In this document: positions 20,785 through 31,225 of the stretch, one piece after another | How the letters are laid out: every line of letters begins with the position of its first letter | How positions within the stretch are numbered: position 1 is the stretch's first letter | Assembly: GCA_965218095.1 (NCBI GenBank) | Contig: OZ244587.1 | Location: 448,001 to 512,000 of the forward strand | Origin: Candidatus Poribacteria bacterium | Lineage (GTDB): Bacteria > Poribacteria > WGA-4E > PCPOR2b | Length of the DNA stretch: 64,000 nt | Reading direction: 5' to 3' | Program-made: the position numbers and the translations under genes | The notes under the pieces: generated by a model | Seen by the model: the letters and a program-made list of their open reading frames with translations, nothing else | Database searches by the model: none | Told to the model about the DNA's origin: nothing

Positions 20785-21559
20785 GTATGGATAGGTAGAA
20801 CCCTTGCGGGTTTTCCCCCCATCTAAACCGTGCGTGTGACTTTCACCGCACACGGCTTGCTCTGTCAATTACTGATTATCCAAAATAAGTGGTTAGAAAA
20901 CCTTTAGGCTGTCTGGGTTTATTTCTAACGAAATTGGATAATCTCAGCCATACTTATTCTGTATCATTTAGAACATTGAGGACGAGTTGCCAAGTATGTT
21001 TTCACAGTGACTTGATTTTGCGCTCATTTTCCTTTAATCTATTTATGTTCCTTTAATCTATTTATGATACATTTCTGTATGTTGACACTAGGCAGGCTTG
21101 GCATAAATGCCTATCTGCCTTCCTCTCCCATATTTCTTTATAGAAACTTAGGGACTTTCCTGTTCTCACATAATGCACGTTATGAACGATTTAGGCTCTG
21201 ACTGTACCCCGAAGCTGTATAGCTTACTAGTAGTATGATAAAATAACATACCATCTTTGATTTTGCAATGTTTAAGCATTATCACTTAGCTCGTACTTTT
21301 TAGTTATAGGCTGTTTATTGCAGATGCACCTATTCAAAGGTGACGAGGCTTCAATCATCAGTTCAACTTTTGCTTTAGCCATTTCGTTCTTAGCCTGACG
21401 TATCAGTTTATGGGGTCTGCATTCCCCACAGGATATGCGCCTTTTCCCTTTGCTTTCCACATTGTCTTTTCAAACAATGCAGTTAAGGTAAGGCTTGTGG
21501 ATGTAAGCTACCACTGATGGATTTTCACCATCATTACATTATGCTACACAGAAACGCAC
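20785..21559 (-). mobile_element. ORF-less group II intron (IIB, class-B-like), 775 nt
   Basis: 5' end GTGCG at 21559. 34-nt DV AAGCCGTGTGCGGTGAAAGTCACACGCACGGTTT (20825-20858) with AGC triad and GAAA loop. DVI GGGGGGAAAACCCGCAAGGGTTCTACCTATCC with bulged A at -8; 3' end ..ATAC. EBS1-like ATTTTA (21239-21244) pairs with the 5' exon TGAAAT. AT-rich, no RT ORF. Confidence 0.92.
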
Positions 21560-21562
21560 ATT

Positions 21563-23290
21563 TCACTCCTTTCTATTTTCACCGAAACGCTCCAGCATTT
21601 CCTTTGCCTCATGCCCTTCCTCTGAGTTGGGATATTTTTCTGCAAGGTTTCGCAAAAGTTCCAACACGCCGCTCTGCTTGAGTTCCTGCGCCAACTCCAA
21701 CTGATAGTGGGCTATGCGCAGCATCGCTGACGGGGCTCTCGGCCCCTCCGGTGCAACCACTAAGATCTGGTTCACCTGATCCAATGCCTTATCAAACTCC
21801 CCTTTGGCTTTGTAACATTCAGCGAGACGTTCACGGGCTTCGAGTGTGGTGAGGAGATCATTGTAATCTTCGATGAGTTGCGTATTGACGCTGATCGCCT
21901 CATCTCAATTCTCCATCCATTGTGCAATTGCAGCCAAACCACGCAGTGAGGGTAATGCGGCGGCAGGGCTAACAGCTTTATCTGCGGCTTGACGAAACAT
22001 CTTCGCAAGTTCGGGGAGCTTGCCCCTCACCTCCAACTCGGCGATCACGTCTTCTTCATGCGAGGCTTCGATGAAACGGCAGATAGCTTGACGACGCAGA
22101 TAAGGATTCGGGTTAGCAAGGAGAGAACTCAAAAAATCAATTGCTTTCTCGCGTTGATTCGTCCGCCAGTACATCTCTAGGAGTTGCATCATGGCTTCAT
22201 GGGCATGCTCGGTTTGCGGAGAGGATTCGACAAGGTCTTTGAGGATAGACTCCGCGCGATCGTAATCGAAGTTTTCAGCATAAACTTCGGCGAGATTTCT
22301 TAACACTACCACATTGAATCTGTCGGGATATCCCTGGGAAAGTCGGGTAAGGAGTTCGATCGCTGGATCCGATTTCCCAAATTGTTGGTAAAGTTGGGCC
22401 GCCCGACGGAGCGCCCATTGCGCCTGGTCAGTTCCACGAAACTCGACGGCAGTGAGAAACGCTTTGAGGGCAGCCTGCAAATCGCCTTTCTCCTGGTGCA
22501 TACCACCCATTATTGACCACACATGAACGATACTCCAATGTGCGGGAAAGGTTTCAATCGCTGCATTGCACGCCTTGATTGCTTGATCTAGCTCTCCCAT
22601 CTCCCAATAGGTTTCAGCAAGTTGGACGAAGGCTTCAACACGGTCTGGATGGTTCTTCTGGATTTTCTGAAATAGCTCGATTGCCTGTTGATGCCCTCCA
22701 CGTTCCCGGTAGTGTTCGCCTAGCCGCAACGTCAGCCAGAACGTGTTTTCTTGAAAGGGATACTGCTGGATCATCTGATCAATCCGTCGACGCGCATCTT
22801 CAAGCCAACCGTGTTCCAAATCTGACTCAATAATGACCTCCATCGCCTCAAATACCTGATAATCGCCGATGAATTTTGTTGTAATCTCATCAACGAGTTT
22901 GCGTGCATTATCCAGATCTTCTTTCTCAACCGCATGGCAAAGCTGCCACATCAAGATTTCAGCCTTCTCTCGCGGGTGGGAAATCGCAGCTTCCGCTTCC
23001 GCTAAAATCGACTGTGCTTTCTCAGGTTGTCCGAGCGCGGCATAGCACTCGCTCAGTTTCATGCGTGCCCACTTCGCTTCCCAACGCCATGGGTCATAGG
23101 CAAGTAGGCGTTTGCACTCCTTGATGACGACTTGATACTGTCTCTGGTGGAACAGTTTCTCGATTTCTTCGATGGGTCTAGCAACGAAATCATCTGGGAC
23201 TTCCTCTTCGTCAACAGGATTCTCAATTTGTGCCCCTAAAATCGGTATCACTGCAAACAAGAAAATCAAGCAAATCAGTGGTATTTTCAT
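21563..23290 (-). pseudogene. Exported TPR-repeat protein interrupted by one in-frame TGA
   Basis: Signal peptide and many TPR helices. After the TGA at 21905-21907 (probably TGG) the same frame continues DEAISVNTQLIEDY..KGEFDKALDQV into ORF 21563-21784. Confidence 0.85.
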
Positions 23291-23381
23291 TGAAACACCT
23301 CGTGTTGTGGGAAAGCGGTTTAAGGGACAAGATTCAGATTAGGGTTTCCCCATTTTTAATCTCCGGTTTCACCCATTTATC

Positions 23382-23663
23382 CTATTGTGTCTGCACAGAG
23401 CGTATCTTGATGACGAAGCGGATGTTGCCAAAGAGGAACTCGTTGTCTTGTACAAGCACAGGAACGGTCGAGTCGAAGCACAGTTAGTCGTCACGAATTT
23501 CAGCCATAGGTTCCATGACCTTTGCTGCACGTTTTGTCAGAAATTCTTGGAGGGCACTCAGGAAGGTGGCCGGGTTGATGGGGTCGTCAGAGCGTGTGAT
23601 GAAACCCTCTATTAAGTGGTCAAATTCTTAGTCGTTCAATTCATCTAAAGGTTTGTCGTTCAT
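23382..23663 (-). pseudogene. Small hypothetical protein with two in-frame TAA stops
   Basis: RBS AGGAG; MNDKPLDELND*EFDHLIEGF..EIRDD*LCFDSTVPVLVQDNEFLFGNIRFVIKI; stops at 23628-23630 and 23484-23486. Confidence 0.55.
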
Positions 23664-23756
23664 GGTGTTGTTTCTCCTAACATCTGTTGCTAAGAAAGAA
23701 TCATGGTTTTCTAGTGGCCGTAATCGATAACGAACCTGAAGGTTTATTCCATCTCA

Positions 23757-23845
23757 CTACTTCATCAAAATCATCTTCCGCGCGGCGTCATAATCCTCCA
23801 CCCGAAACCGGTAGAAATAGACGCCGCTGGCGGCGGGCTCGCCCA
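23757..23845 (-). pseudogene. Orphan remnant of a FlgD/T9SS-like C-terminal sorting domain
   Basis: GEPAASGVYFYRFRVEDYDAARKMILMK* matches the tail at 55880-55967 (GEPVSSGIYFYHLQAGDFAATKKLIILK*). Confidence 0.6.
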
Positions 23846-23937
23846 ATAAGGTGCTTCCGGGGCGGACTTCCTCGCGGATTACCATCGTTTTAAGTGCTCC
23901 AGGCTTAGCTGATTAAGTGGTTTCTGCGAATCTTGCG

Positions 23938-24102
23938 CTAATCATTCATTTTTGCGACTTCCCGATTCATTTCGTCAAAGGATAAAACTTTACCCTCGTC
24001 AAATTCTCAATGGGATTTTTGTATAATCTCCAGAAATTCAGGATGTGTGCTCAAAGCGAATGACTCCAGATCCACTTCAGCAAATTTGTTTGTGTAAGCC
24101 AT
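23938..24102 (-). pseudogene. Small antitoxin-like protein with an in-frame TGA
   Basis: MAYTNKFAEVDLESFALSTHPEFLEIIQKSH*EFDEGKVLSFDEMNREV; TGA at 24007-24009. Confidence 0.5.
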
Positions 24103-24114
24103 GTTTTTGCTCTC

Positions 24115-25545
24115 TCACAACGTATGCACCGACAACGCCCCTGCAACTGTCAACCGCCGCTGCTGGGTGAAAGTGCGTGGACGGGTATACCCTTCGCCGG
24201 TGGGTCCGGCAATTGTCATTGCCAGAAAACCTTCACCATCAATCCCGGTGCAGGCGTAGGAGGGGGCATTCACGACAACGACGTTACAGTTCATTGCTTG
24301 CGTAAACTGGGTGATTCGCGCACTGTTGTTAGTGTGAAGCATCGCGGTGTGCCCACGTCCGCCATCCGCCGCAAAGGCGCCTTTCACAGCCTCATCAAAA
24401 TCACGGATTCGCACGACGGGGAGAATCGGTATCAGATATTCATCAATGACGAAGGTGTGATCGCTGGCGACCTCAACGACGACAGATACGCTATCCGCCG
24501 GCACCCTGATTCCCGCGGCTTCAAGAATAACCTGTGCGTCTTTACCGATATAATCTAGATTGGGAGCGCCATCTTTGATAACAACCTTTTCAACTGCCTG
24601 TCGCTCACCTGGAGTGGTTAAATAACCCCCATTTTTTTCCAGTTCACGGATGACTTCATTGGCAACAGATTCAACGACAAAGAGGGCTTTTTCACCGATG
24701 CAGAGCAAGTTGTTGTCGAAGCTGTTTCCAAGTATGACATCTTTCGCCGCTTTCTTCAAATCGGCGGTTTCGTCGATGACCGCTGGTGGATTACCGGGCC
24801 CTGCGGCGATCGCCTTCTTCCCACTGGAGAGTGCGGCTTTCACAACGCTGCCACTGCCTGTCGCAACGACCATTGCTATATCAGGATGGCTCATGATTTC
24901 TTTCGCCGTCCGCAATGTCGCTTCCGAAATAGCTGTGAGCATATTGGGCGGTCCCCCTACCTCGGTGATTGCTTCATTGATGACCTTTATTGTTTCCTGT
25001 GTGCATTTCTGTGCATTCGGGTGCGGGCTGAATACGATCGCGTTTCCCGCCGCAAGCATTATGATGGCGTGGTTGATGACCGTTGATGTCGGGTTCGTGG
25101 TCGGGGTGATTGAATTGATCACGCCAAAAGGGAGGTACTCCACAAGCAGTAGCCCTGTATCTCCAGTGGTCGTTTCCGATTGCAGATCTTCCACACCGAG
25201 AGAGAGATTGACGGCTTCTTCATTTTTCGTCACCTTATGCTCGACAACCCCCATCTTTGTGTCTTCGACTGCAATCTCCGCAAGGCGTCTCGCGTTCTCA
25301 AGCGAGACGCCTTTGATGGCTTCGATGAGCTCCATTCGTTTGGCAAATCCGAGCTTCACGAATTCCGCCTGGGCAGCTTTGGCGGCGGCAACCGCCTGAT
25401 CAACGTTAGGGAAAATCCCCGACGGTGTTCTGCTAAGAGTGAAGGGTTGGATTGTTGTCGTTGATAAGGTTTCCCCATCGTTTTGAAGATTCCTGATGAC
25501 CTGTGCAACAATCTCTTCAATTTGTGTTTCATTGATTTCTGCCAT
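24115..25545 (-). CDS. BMC-associated CoA-acylating aldehyde dehydrogenase (EutE/PduP family) with N-terminal encapsulation peptide
   Basis: RBS AAGGAGG; MAEINETQIEEIVAQVIRNL amphipathic peptide; PTTNPT, AGPGNPP, SFDNNLLCIGEK, TIAGPTGEG. Confidence 0.93.
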   Translation of the reverse strand: MAEINETQIEEIVAQVIRNLQNDGETLSTTTIQPFTLSRTPSGIFPNVDQAVAAAKAAQAEFVKLGFAKRMELIEAIKGVSLENARRLAEIAVEDTKMGVVEHKVTKNEEAVNLSLGVEDLQSETTTGDTGLLLVEYLPFGVINSITPTTNPTSTVINHAIIMLAAGNAIVFSPHPNAQKCTQETIKVINEAITEVGGPPNMLTAISEATLRTAKEIMSHPDIAMVVATGSGSVVKAALSSGKKAIAAGPGNPPAVIDETADLKKAAKDVILGNSFDNNLLCIGEKALFVVESVANEVIRELEKNGGYLTTPGERQAVEKVVIKDGAPNLDYIGKDAQVILEAAGIRVPADSVSVVVEVASDHTFVIDEYLIPILPVVRIRDFDEAVKGAFAADGGRGHTAMLHTNNSARITQFTQAMNCNVVVVNAPSYACTGIDGEGFLAMTIAGPTGEGYTRPRTFTQQRRLTVAGALSVHTL

Positions 25546-25655
25546 ATGTACCTCCTTCAGATTGGGCTCAACTGCATGAAATCCGGTGCAACGGAAGATA
25601 CAGAGATCCAGACAGCCCAATGTATCCTTGTTTCACGCATCACGTTTCGTCGTTT

Positions 25656-25931
25656 TTATCCGCGACTCAACATATTCTCAACTTCTGCATGTGGACGTGG
25701 GATAACGTGCACCGAAACCAGTTCTCCAACAGCTTTTGCGGCTTCAGCGCCTGTTTCCGTTGCGGCTTGAACTGCACCGACATCACCACGAACTATGACG
25801 GTGACGAAACCACCGCCAATATCTTCTTTGCCGATGAGTGTTACATTGGCAGCTTTGACCATGGCATCTGCTGCTTCAATAGCGCCGACGAGCCCTCGCG
25901 TTTCAATCAGTCCCAATGCCTCACTAGCCAT
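25656..25931 (-). CDS. Bacterial microcompartment hexameric shell protein (EutM/PduA-like)
   Basis: [35 protein letters not shown]. Confidence 0.96.
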   Translation of the reverse strand: MASEALGLIETRGLVGAIEAADAMVKAANVTLIGKEDIGGGFVTVIVRGDVGAVQAATETGAEAAKAVGELVSVHVIPRPHAEVENMLSRG

Positions 25932-26265
25932 CCTATTTATTCACCTCCTTGATTAAACTGACTCTTTGGACTGCCCTCATTGTATCAAGATCTACGATTC
26001 TAATCAAGGGAAAAATCCGTTCTCTTGTCGTCGGGCTTCAAACTTATCGTCCCATTAAAAACTCTTGACAAGGATCTGTTGAGATGCTATCCTTTGTCTC
26101 GGAATTTTCCCAGAGAGATTGGCAGGAAAGATTCAATTTGGACATTTTGTTTCTAACACTTGATGGCCGATGTAAACCAGATTGTGATCGAATGGTACTT
26201 GACGTGGGGGAGTGGGTATGGATTGGCGCCCGCCCAAACCCCCAATCAAACCATTGGTTATTACA

Positions 26266-26376
26266 ATTATGATGGCTGCTTCCGCTAGTTTTGCGACACT
26301 CCCCGGTTATCAAACGAACCTGATGGTCTATGGGCCGGGGGGTTACCGCTTCACCGATTACTTGCGGATTGGTTAA
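26266..26376 (+). pseudogene. SLC13/DASS permease C-terminal remnant
   Basis: [36 protein letters not shown]. Confidence 0.75.
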
Positions 26377-26380
26377 ACAG

Positions 26381-27230
26381 TTTGGTGAGAAGCGAGATGA
26401 GCGTGCAGTTCGGTTGTTGAAGGTGTTAGCCCTTCTCGATGACCCCTAGGCCGCCGAAGCAGCGGGCTCTTATCTTGGGAAAGTTAAGAGCCCGTTGACG
26501 CTATCCGCATTAGACGATATCCTGGCGGAAACACAGGATGCCGCACGCAGGAAGGCAGCGGAAAAATCAGCGCAACGGCTGAAGCTTATGGAAATTCAGG
26601 CTCTCCCGCCAACTATCAAACAGCTCGGCGGCGACATTTACAAGGTTGTCCTATCATTCTTTGACGGTACAGGCAGTCGCCTCCTTTGGTTTTCACGATA
26701 CATCGGTAAGGACAAAGCAAACGTTGAATTGGTGAACCTCATGCTGAGAACTGGCGTGGGAGCCGTTGATTGTTACGGTTCAAAGCCTGTACCTGTTGTT
26801 GAATTCAATGAGATGATTGAAGAATTGTAGGAAGAAGTAGGCGGCGGTGAAGTCAGCTATGAGTCTGGATGAATTTATAGGCTGGTTTGATCAGTCCGAC
26901 AAAACTTACGATTATTATGAGTAACTCGAATGCCTTATGGACAGATACAAGGAACGACGGTTGGAAAGGGAAATCGACCGTTTATTCAAAAGGTATGCCA
27001 ACGAAATTTTTGAACCACAACGCGATTGCATCCGTCGGAATCTGGAATATTCAGCCGATTTCTTGTTTCGACAACCTAGCAAAACGGTCAAGGCAGAGGT
27101 CATTTTGGCGGCAGCGTTGCACCTCAATAACCGGTCCACTGTTCCGCTGGAAGCACACCCTTTCATTTTGAGAATGATGGAAGAGAGCCTTGAGCGAATC
27201 GCGCTGAATAACTTTGAATCCCCAGATTGA
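26381..27230 (+). pseudogene. Fragmented hypothetical protein (HEAT-like N-terminal part)
   Basis: The frame of ORF 26495-26830 extends upstream through a TAG at 26447 and downstream through a TAG at 26828; ORF 26937-27230 looks like the C-terminal part. Confidence 0.5.
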
Positions 27231-27267
27231 CAACCATTAATTAACCCCCAGAGGGCACTGACGAACC

Positions 27268-27621
27268 ATGTCTAAAGAACCAATCAACCCTGCAGATGTC
27301 GAGGTGTTAGAGAAGCAGATTCGTCAAAATCGAGAAGAAATAGATCGGCTCAAACAAGAGGTAGATCGGTTACGCGCCGAGCTTGGTTTATCGGAAACTG
27401 ATGAATTTGAAGCACAGTTTAATAGGGACGAGGTACTCGAATTCGGGACGCTTGGCAATAGTGTGGTCAAGGGCAGGATTAACTGGATGAATCCGTACGT
27501 CATTAGCATTACGACCTCTGAAGAAGACCGCTCCGCTGAAGTCTTAATCTTCAAGCACGCGCTCGCCTATATTCGCAAACCTGAGGAAAAATCAACTCCG
27601 CGTAGGGGCATGTACATTTGA
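27268..27621 (+). CDS. Divergent Hfq/Sm-like protein with an N-terminal coiled coil
   Basis: LEKQIRQNREEIDRLKQEVDRLRAEL heptads, then VVKGRINWMNPYVISI (Sm1-like) and VLIFKHALAYI (Hfq Sm2 [YF]KHA). Confidence 0.7.
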   Translation: MSKEPINPADVEVLEKQIRQNREEIDRLKQEVDRLRAELGLSETDEFEAQFNRDEVLEFGTLGNSVVKGRINWMNPYVISITTSEEDRSAEVLIFKHALAYIRKPEEKSTPRRGMYI

Positions 27622-27632
27622 GAATCTGACTG

Positions 27633-27839
27633 ATGAGGCAATTAATGCGGGACTCTATTTCAGATCAACCTTTAATCAATTTTGACCAAGCCCTCATTGA
27701 TTCTGCTAAGTTTACAGAATACTCGTTGAATCCTCATCATCCTCAAAATCAAGGAAAAACAGCGGCATTCAAACAGCTTGGCTATGATATAGAAACGTCT
27801 CAGGAAAGAACCGCCACTGCGCGGGATTTAGTAAGATGA
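27633..27839 (+). pseudogene. DUF6883-like fragment
   Basis: LINFDQALIDSAKFTEYSLNPHHPQNQGKTAAFKQLGYD; truncated. Confidence 0.55.
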
Positions 27840-28044
27840 TGATCGCGATCGGAAATTTAAGATTTATCAGGAGTAAAAGTTTCACATTATTGGATTATCG
27901 ATCCGGCAGCCCAAGCATTAGAGGAATACGTTTGGCAACCTGAAGGGTATCATCAATATACATTTCATGCCCGAAATGATGAATTTCATCCATCATTGTT
28001 TCCGGGATTGGTCATTCTTCTTGAAGATTTATAGAATTAAAGCA

Positions 28045-28899
28045 ATGGAGATGATGCCTGTGTTAGACTTCCGCTCAATCGATTCACTCATAGAACTCGC
28101 CCTCGCAGAAGATATCGGCATCGGCGACATTACCACCGAATCTGCGGTTTCACCGTTGCAGCAAGGGCGTGGCATAATCATCGCTAATACCGATGGCGTG
28201 ATTGCTGGAGCGCTGATTGCTCAACGCGTTTTTGAAAAAATCGATCCATCGCTCGATTTTCGGGAACTTGTCGCCGAGGGCGATTACGTTGGAAGCATGA
28301 CCCGGATTGCCGTAGTAGAAGGACGCGCGAAATCCATCCTCACCGGTGAGCGTACCGCCCTTAACTTTCTTCAACGCCTTTCTGGTACAGCCACATTGAC
28401 TGCACAGTTCGTTGCTGCCATAGCCACATACGATGTCGAGATCATCGATACCCGCAAAACCACCGCGGGTTGGCGAGCAATCCAAAAGTACGCTGTCCGT
28501 ATTGGGGGCGGACATAACCACCGCTTTGGGCTTTACGATGGCGTCCTGATTAAGGATAACCACATCATTGCCGCCGGGGGCATCGCCAAAGCTATCGAGA
28601 AGGCGAGATCGACTGTACCTCATACGATGAAGATCGAGATCGAAGTGGAGACCCTCGATCAGGTCGAAGAAGCGCTTGCGGCTAGCGCTGACATCTTACT
28701 GCTTGACAACATGTCCGTTGATTTCATGAGAGCTGCAGTCGAAAGGATCGCCGGTAGAGCCATCATCGAAGCGTCAGGAGGGATCACATTAGATCAGATA
28801 GAAGCGGTTGCCGCAACAGGGGTGGATCTAGTCTCCGTTGGCGCGTTGACACATTCGGCGATGCCGTTGGATATGAGTTTGGATTTGGAACTGATTTAG
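28045..28899 (+). CDS. nadC: Nicotinate-nucleotide pyrophosphorylase (quinolinate phosphoribosyltransferase)
   Basis: ALAEDIGIGDITT, ERTALNFLQRLSG, DTRKT, HRFGLYDGVLIKDNH, LLDN, EASGG; start position uncertain. Confidence 0.97.
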   Translation: MEMMPVLDFRSIDSLIELALAEDIGIGDITTESAVSPLQQGRGIIIANTDGVIAGALIAQRVFEKIDPSLDFRELVAEGDYVGSMTRIAVVEGRAKSILTGERTALNFLQRLSGTATLTAQFVAAIATYDVEIIDTRKTTAGWRAIQKYAVRIGGGHNHRFGLYDGVLIKDNHIIAAGGIAKAIEKARSTVPHTMKIEIEVETLDQVEEALAASADILLLDNMSVDFMRAAVERIAGRAIIEASGGITLDQIEAVAATGVDLVSVGALTHSAMPLDMSLDLELI

Positions 28900-28932
28900 A
28901 GAGTCAGATAAGGAGATTATCAATAAATACCA

Positions 28933-29985
28933 ATGGAAGAATTCTTTAGCAGGTCATTGAATCGGAAAAATTGTGTTCGCGGAACACTGTTTTTCATTCT
29001 CTGTACGATTATCGGATTATTTATCAGTTTTTTATGGAGTGGTACAGACAATATAGGGCTTGTCCTGCGTTCGATACGTGGGAAGCTCCTCATTCTTGCA
29101 ACCCTTTGCATGTTCTCAGATTGGCTATGCGGTGCTGCGCGTCTCCACATTTTTGCACGACAGATGTCACCACAAGTTACCTTCCTTGATAGCATTCGTG
29201 CCAGTCTGACAGCCATCTGTATAGGAGGAATCACACCATTTCAAACGGGAGGGGTTGCGCATATCTATATCTTTAATCGGGTGGGAGTACCGATATCGGG
29301 TGGCATGACTATTGGTATTATTACCTTCATTGGTACGCTGACGTTCCTGATTTTTTCAACGGGATATGTTGTCTGGCAGTCGCCAGACTTTCTTCCCAAA
29401 GGAATCACGTTTGTTAGTCAATATAGTCTGTTGATGTTTGTCGCTGTCCTTTTCTTATTTCTTCTCATGGTAATCAAGCCTGAAGTCCTTCTGTTTCCTT
29501 TGACCCGGATTCAATTACCAAGACAGTCCGGCTTTCGGTTGGCGGCAAAGGTTGTGGATCGCTTGATTCTCACCCTTGAGAAAGTGATTTTGGAGCACAA
29601 AGCATTTACACGTATGTTCATCACCGAACACAAGATTGTCTGTGTTTTGAACTTTGTCTTTACGGCTGGCATCTACATGAGTCGGTTTGTTGGCGGCTAT
29701 GCCGTTGTTCGCGCCCTGGGCGGAGATGTCCCCTTTTGGTATGTCATCGCTGCTCAAGTCCTACTCAGTTTCGTGACGTTATTTGCACCAAGTCCGGGGG
29801 CAAGTGGAATCGCAGAATTCTTAACCGTAGTCCTAATGAAACCGTTACTGATGTCGGACGCAATTGGTCTGTATGCCCTGCTCACGCGCTTCTTCACAAC
29901 TTACTGTGGCGTCGCTGTTGGAGGAACTGTCCTGGTGTCGCAATTGACGAGGGATCTCAATCAACAATCGACAATTGACACTTGA
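28933..29985 (+). CDS. Lysylphosphatidylglycerol-synthase-TM (flippase-like, YbhN) membrane protein
   Basis: Multiple TM helices; GGITPFQTGG and APSPGASGIAE motifs. Confidence 0.85.
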   Translation: MEEFFSRSLNRKNCVRGTLFFILCTIIGLFISFLWSGTDNIGLVLRSIRGKLLILATLCMFSDWLCGAARLHIFARQMSPQVTFLDSIRASLTAICIGGITPFQTGGVAHIYIFNRVGVPISGGMTIGIITFIGTLTFLIFSTGYVVWQSPDFLPKGITFVSQYSLLMFVAVLFLFLLMVIKPEVLLFPLTRIQLPRQSGFRLAAKVVDRLILTLEKVILEHKAFTRMFITEHKIVCVLNFVFTAGIYMSRFVGGYAVVRALGGDVPFWYVIAAQVLLSFVTLFAPSPGASGIAEFLTVVLMKPLLMSDAIGLYALLTRFFTTYCGVAVGGTVLVSQLTRDLNQQSTIDT

Positions 29986-30143
29986 CACTTGCATCGAGTG
30001 CAGCGTGCAAAGTGTTGATGCGTTCACAGGTTCGGGCGGAAATGGGTGAATGAGGGAATGAATCTTTACGTTTTACATTTCACGCTTTACGGATTACGTT
30101 TTCGTTTCACATTTACAACCTAAAACCGACAAGGAGACAAATT

Positions 30144-31052
30144 ATGGCTATAACAATTGATCCAGCGACGACGAAAATCGGCTGGGTTGGGATAGGTGTC
30201 ATGGGACGTTGGATGTGCCAACACGTTATGGATCTCGGGTATTCGGCAACCGTCTACAACCGCACGAAGGCGAAGGCGCAACCGTTGCTTGATGCAGGTG
30301 CAGCTTGGGCAGATTCTTCCCGCGAAGTTGCTGCGGCGTCAGAGGTAATCTTCACTATCGTCGGTTTCCCGCCGGATGTGCGTGAAGTCTACCTCGGCGG
30401 GGATGGCCTCCTGAAAGGCGCGAAGTCCGGCAGCATTACCGTCGATATGACCACGACCGAGCCTTCATTGGCACAAGAGATTTATGACGAAGCCAGGGCG
30501 CAGGGTATATCCGCTATTGATGCGCCGGTCTCAGGGGGTGATGTCGGCGCACGAGAGGCGCGACTTTCGATTATGGTTGGCGGCGATGCCGAAGCCGTTG
30601 AAGCGGTTATGCCACTTTTTGAAGCGATGGGGAAAAACATCGTTCATCAAGGCGGTGCAGGCGCAGGGCAGCACACCAAAATGTGCAATCAGATCACGAT
30701 TGCTGGAACAATGTGCGGTGTCTGTGAAGCATTGCTCTACGGGTACAAGGCGGGCTTGGATCTGGAGACGATGCTCTCGTCGATTAGCGGAGGGGCGGCA
30801 GCCTGCTGGTCGCTTGACAATCTCGCACCGCGCATTCTCCAGCGCAATTTCGATCCCGGCTTCTTCGTCGAACACTTCATCAAAGACATGGGCATTGCGC
30901 TTGACGAAGCAAAGAAGATGAATCTCAGCCTACCCGGACTCGCACTGGTGCATCAGCTTTACCTGGCTGTCGAGGCCCAAGGTCATGGGCGTTTAGGCAC
31001 GCAGGCGCTCATGCTTGCCCTGGAGCAGATGGCTGATACAGAAATTGGTTAA
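30144..31052 (+). CDS. NAD(P)-dependent beta-hydroxyacid dehydrogenase (3-hydroxyisobutyrate DH/GarR family)
   Basis: [38 protein letters not shown]. Confidence 0.93.
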   Translation: MAITIDPATTKIGWVGIGVMGRWMCQHVMDLGYSATVYNRTKAKAQPLLDAGAAWADSSREVAAASEVIFTIVGFPPDVREVYLGGDGLLKGAKSGSITVDMTTTEPSLAQEIYDEARAQGISAIDAPVSGGDVGAREARLSIMVGGDAEAVEAVMPLFEAMGKNIVHQGGAGAGQHTKMCNQITIAGTMCGVCEALLYGYKAGLDLETMLSSISGGAAACWSLDNLAPRILQRNFDPGFFVEHFIKDMGIALDEAKKMNLSLPGLALVHQLYLAVEAQGHGRLGTQALMLALEQMADTEIG

Positions 31053-31077
31053 TCTCTCAGGTGTAAAACTTGAAAGT

Positions 31078-31113
31078 AAAAAGGGCCTCCCGATCAAAAG
31101 GAGGCCCTTTTTT
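31078..31113. terminator. Bidirectional intrinsic terminator
   Basis: aaaaagggcctcc-cgatcaaaa-ggaggccctttttt between convergent genes. Confidence 0.85.
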
Positions 31114-31225
31114 GTGTCAATGTTATCCGAATTTCGCGGGTCATCATGTCTTTTCTCAGAGGTTAGCATAAAGCATTTTTCAAACCCCTTTCCAATGAAC
31201 CCCGGTACAATACGACTATTCCTTA

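Noticed and set aside
20782-20868. N-terminal part of ORF 20647-20868 (MTEQAVCGESHTHGLDGG..)
   Set aside because: It is a translation of intron domains V-VI; the real start is the ATG at 20781.
21272-21460. 62-aa ORF as an intron-encoded protein
   Set aside because: It lies in the predicted domain I, has no RT or maturase motifs, and is probably a chance ORF.
24650-25399. 249-aa plus-strand ORF and other long antisense ORFs (for example 63321-63989, 56406-56966)
   Set aside because: They are shadows of well-supported genes on the opposite strand or in another frame, with no recognisable motifs.
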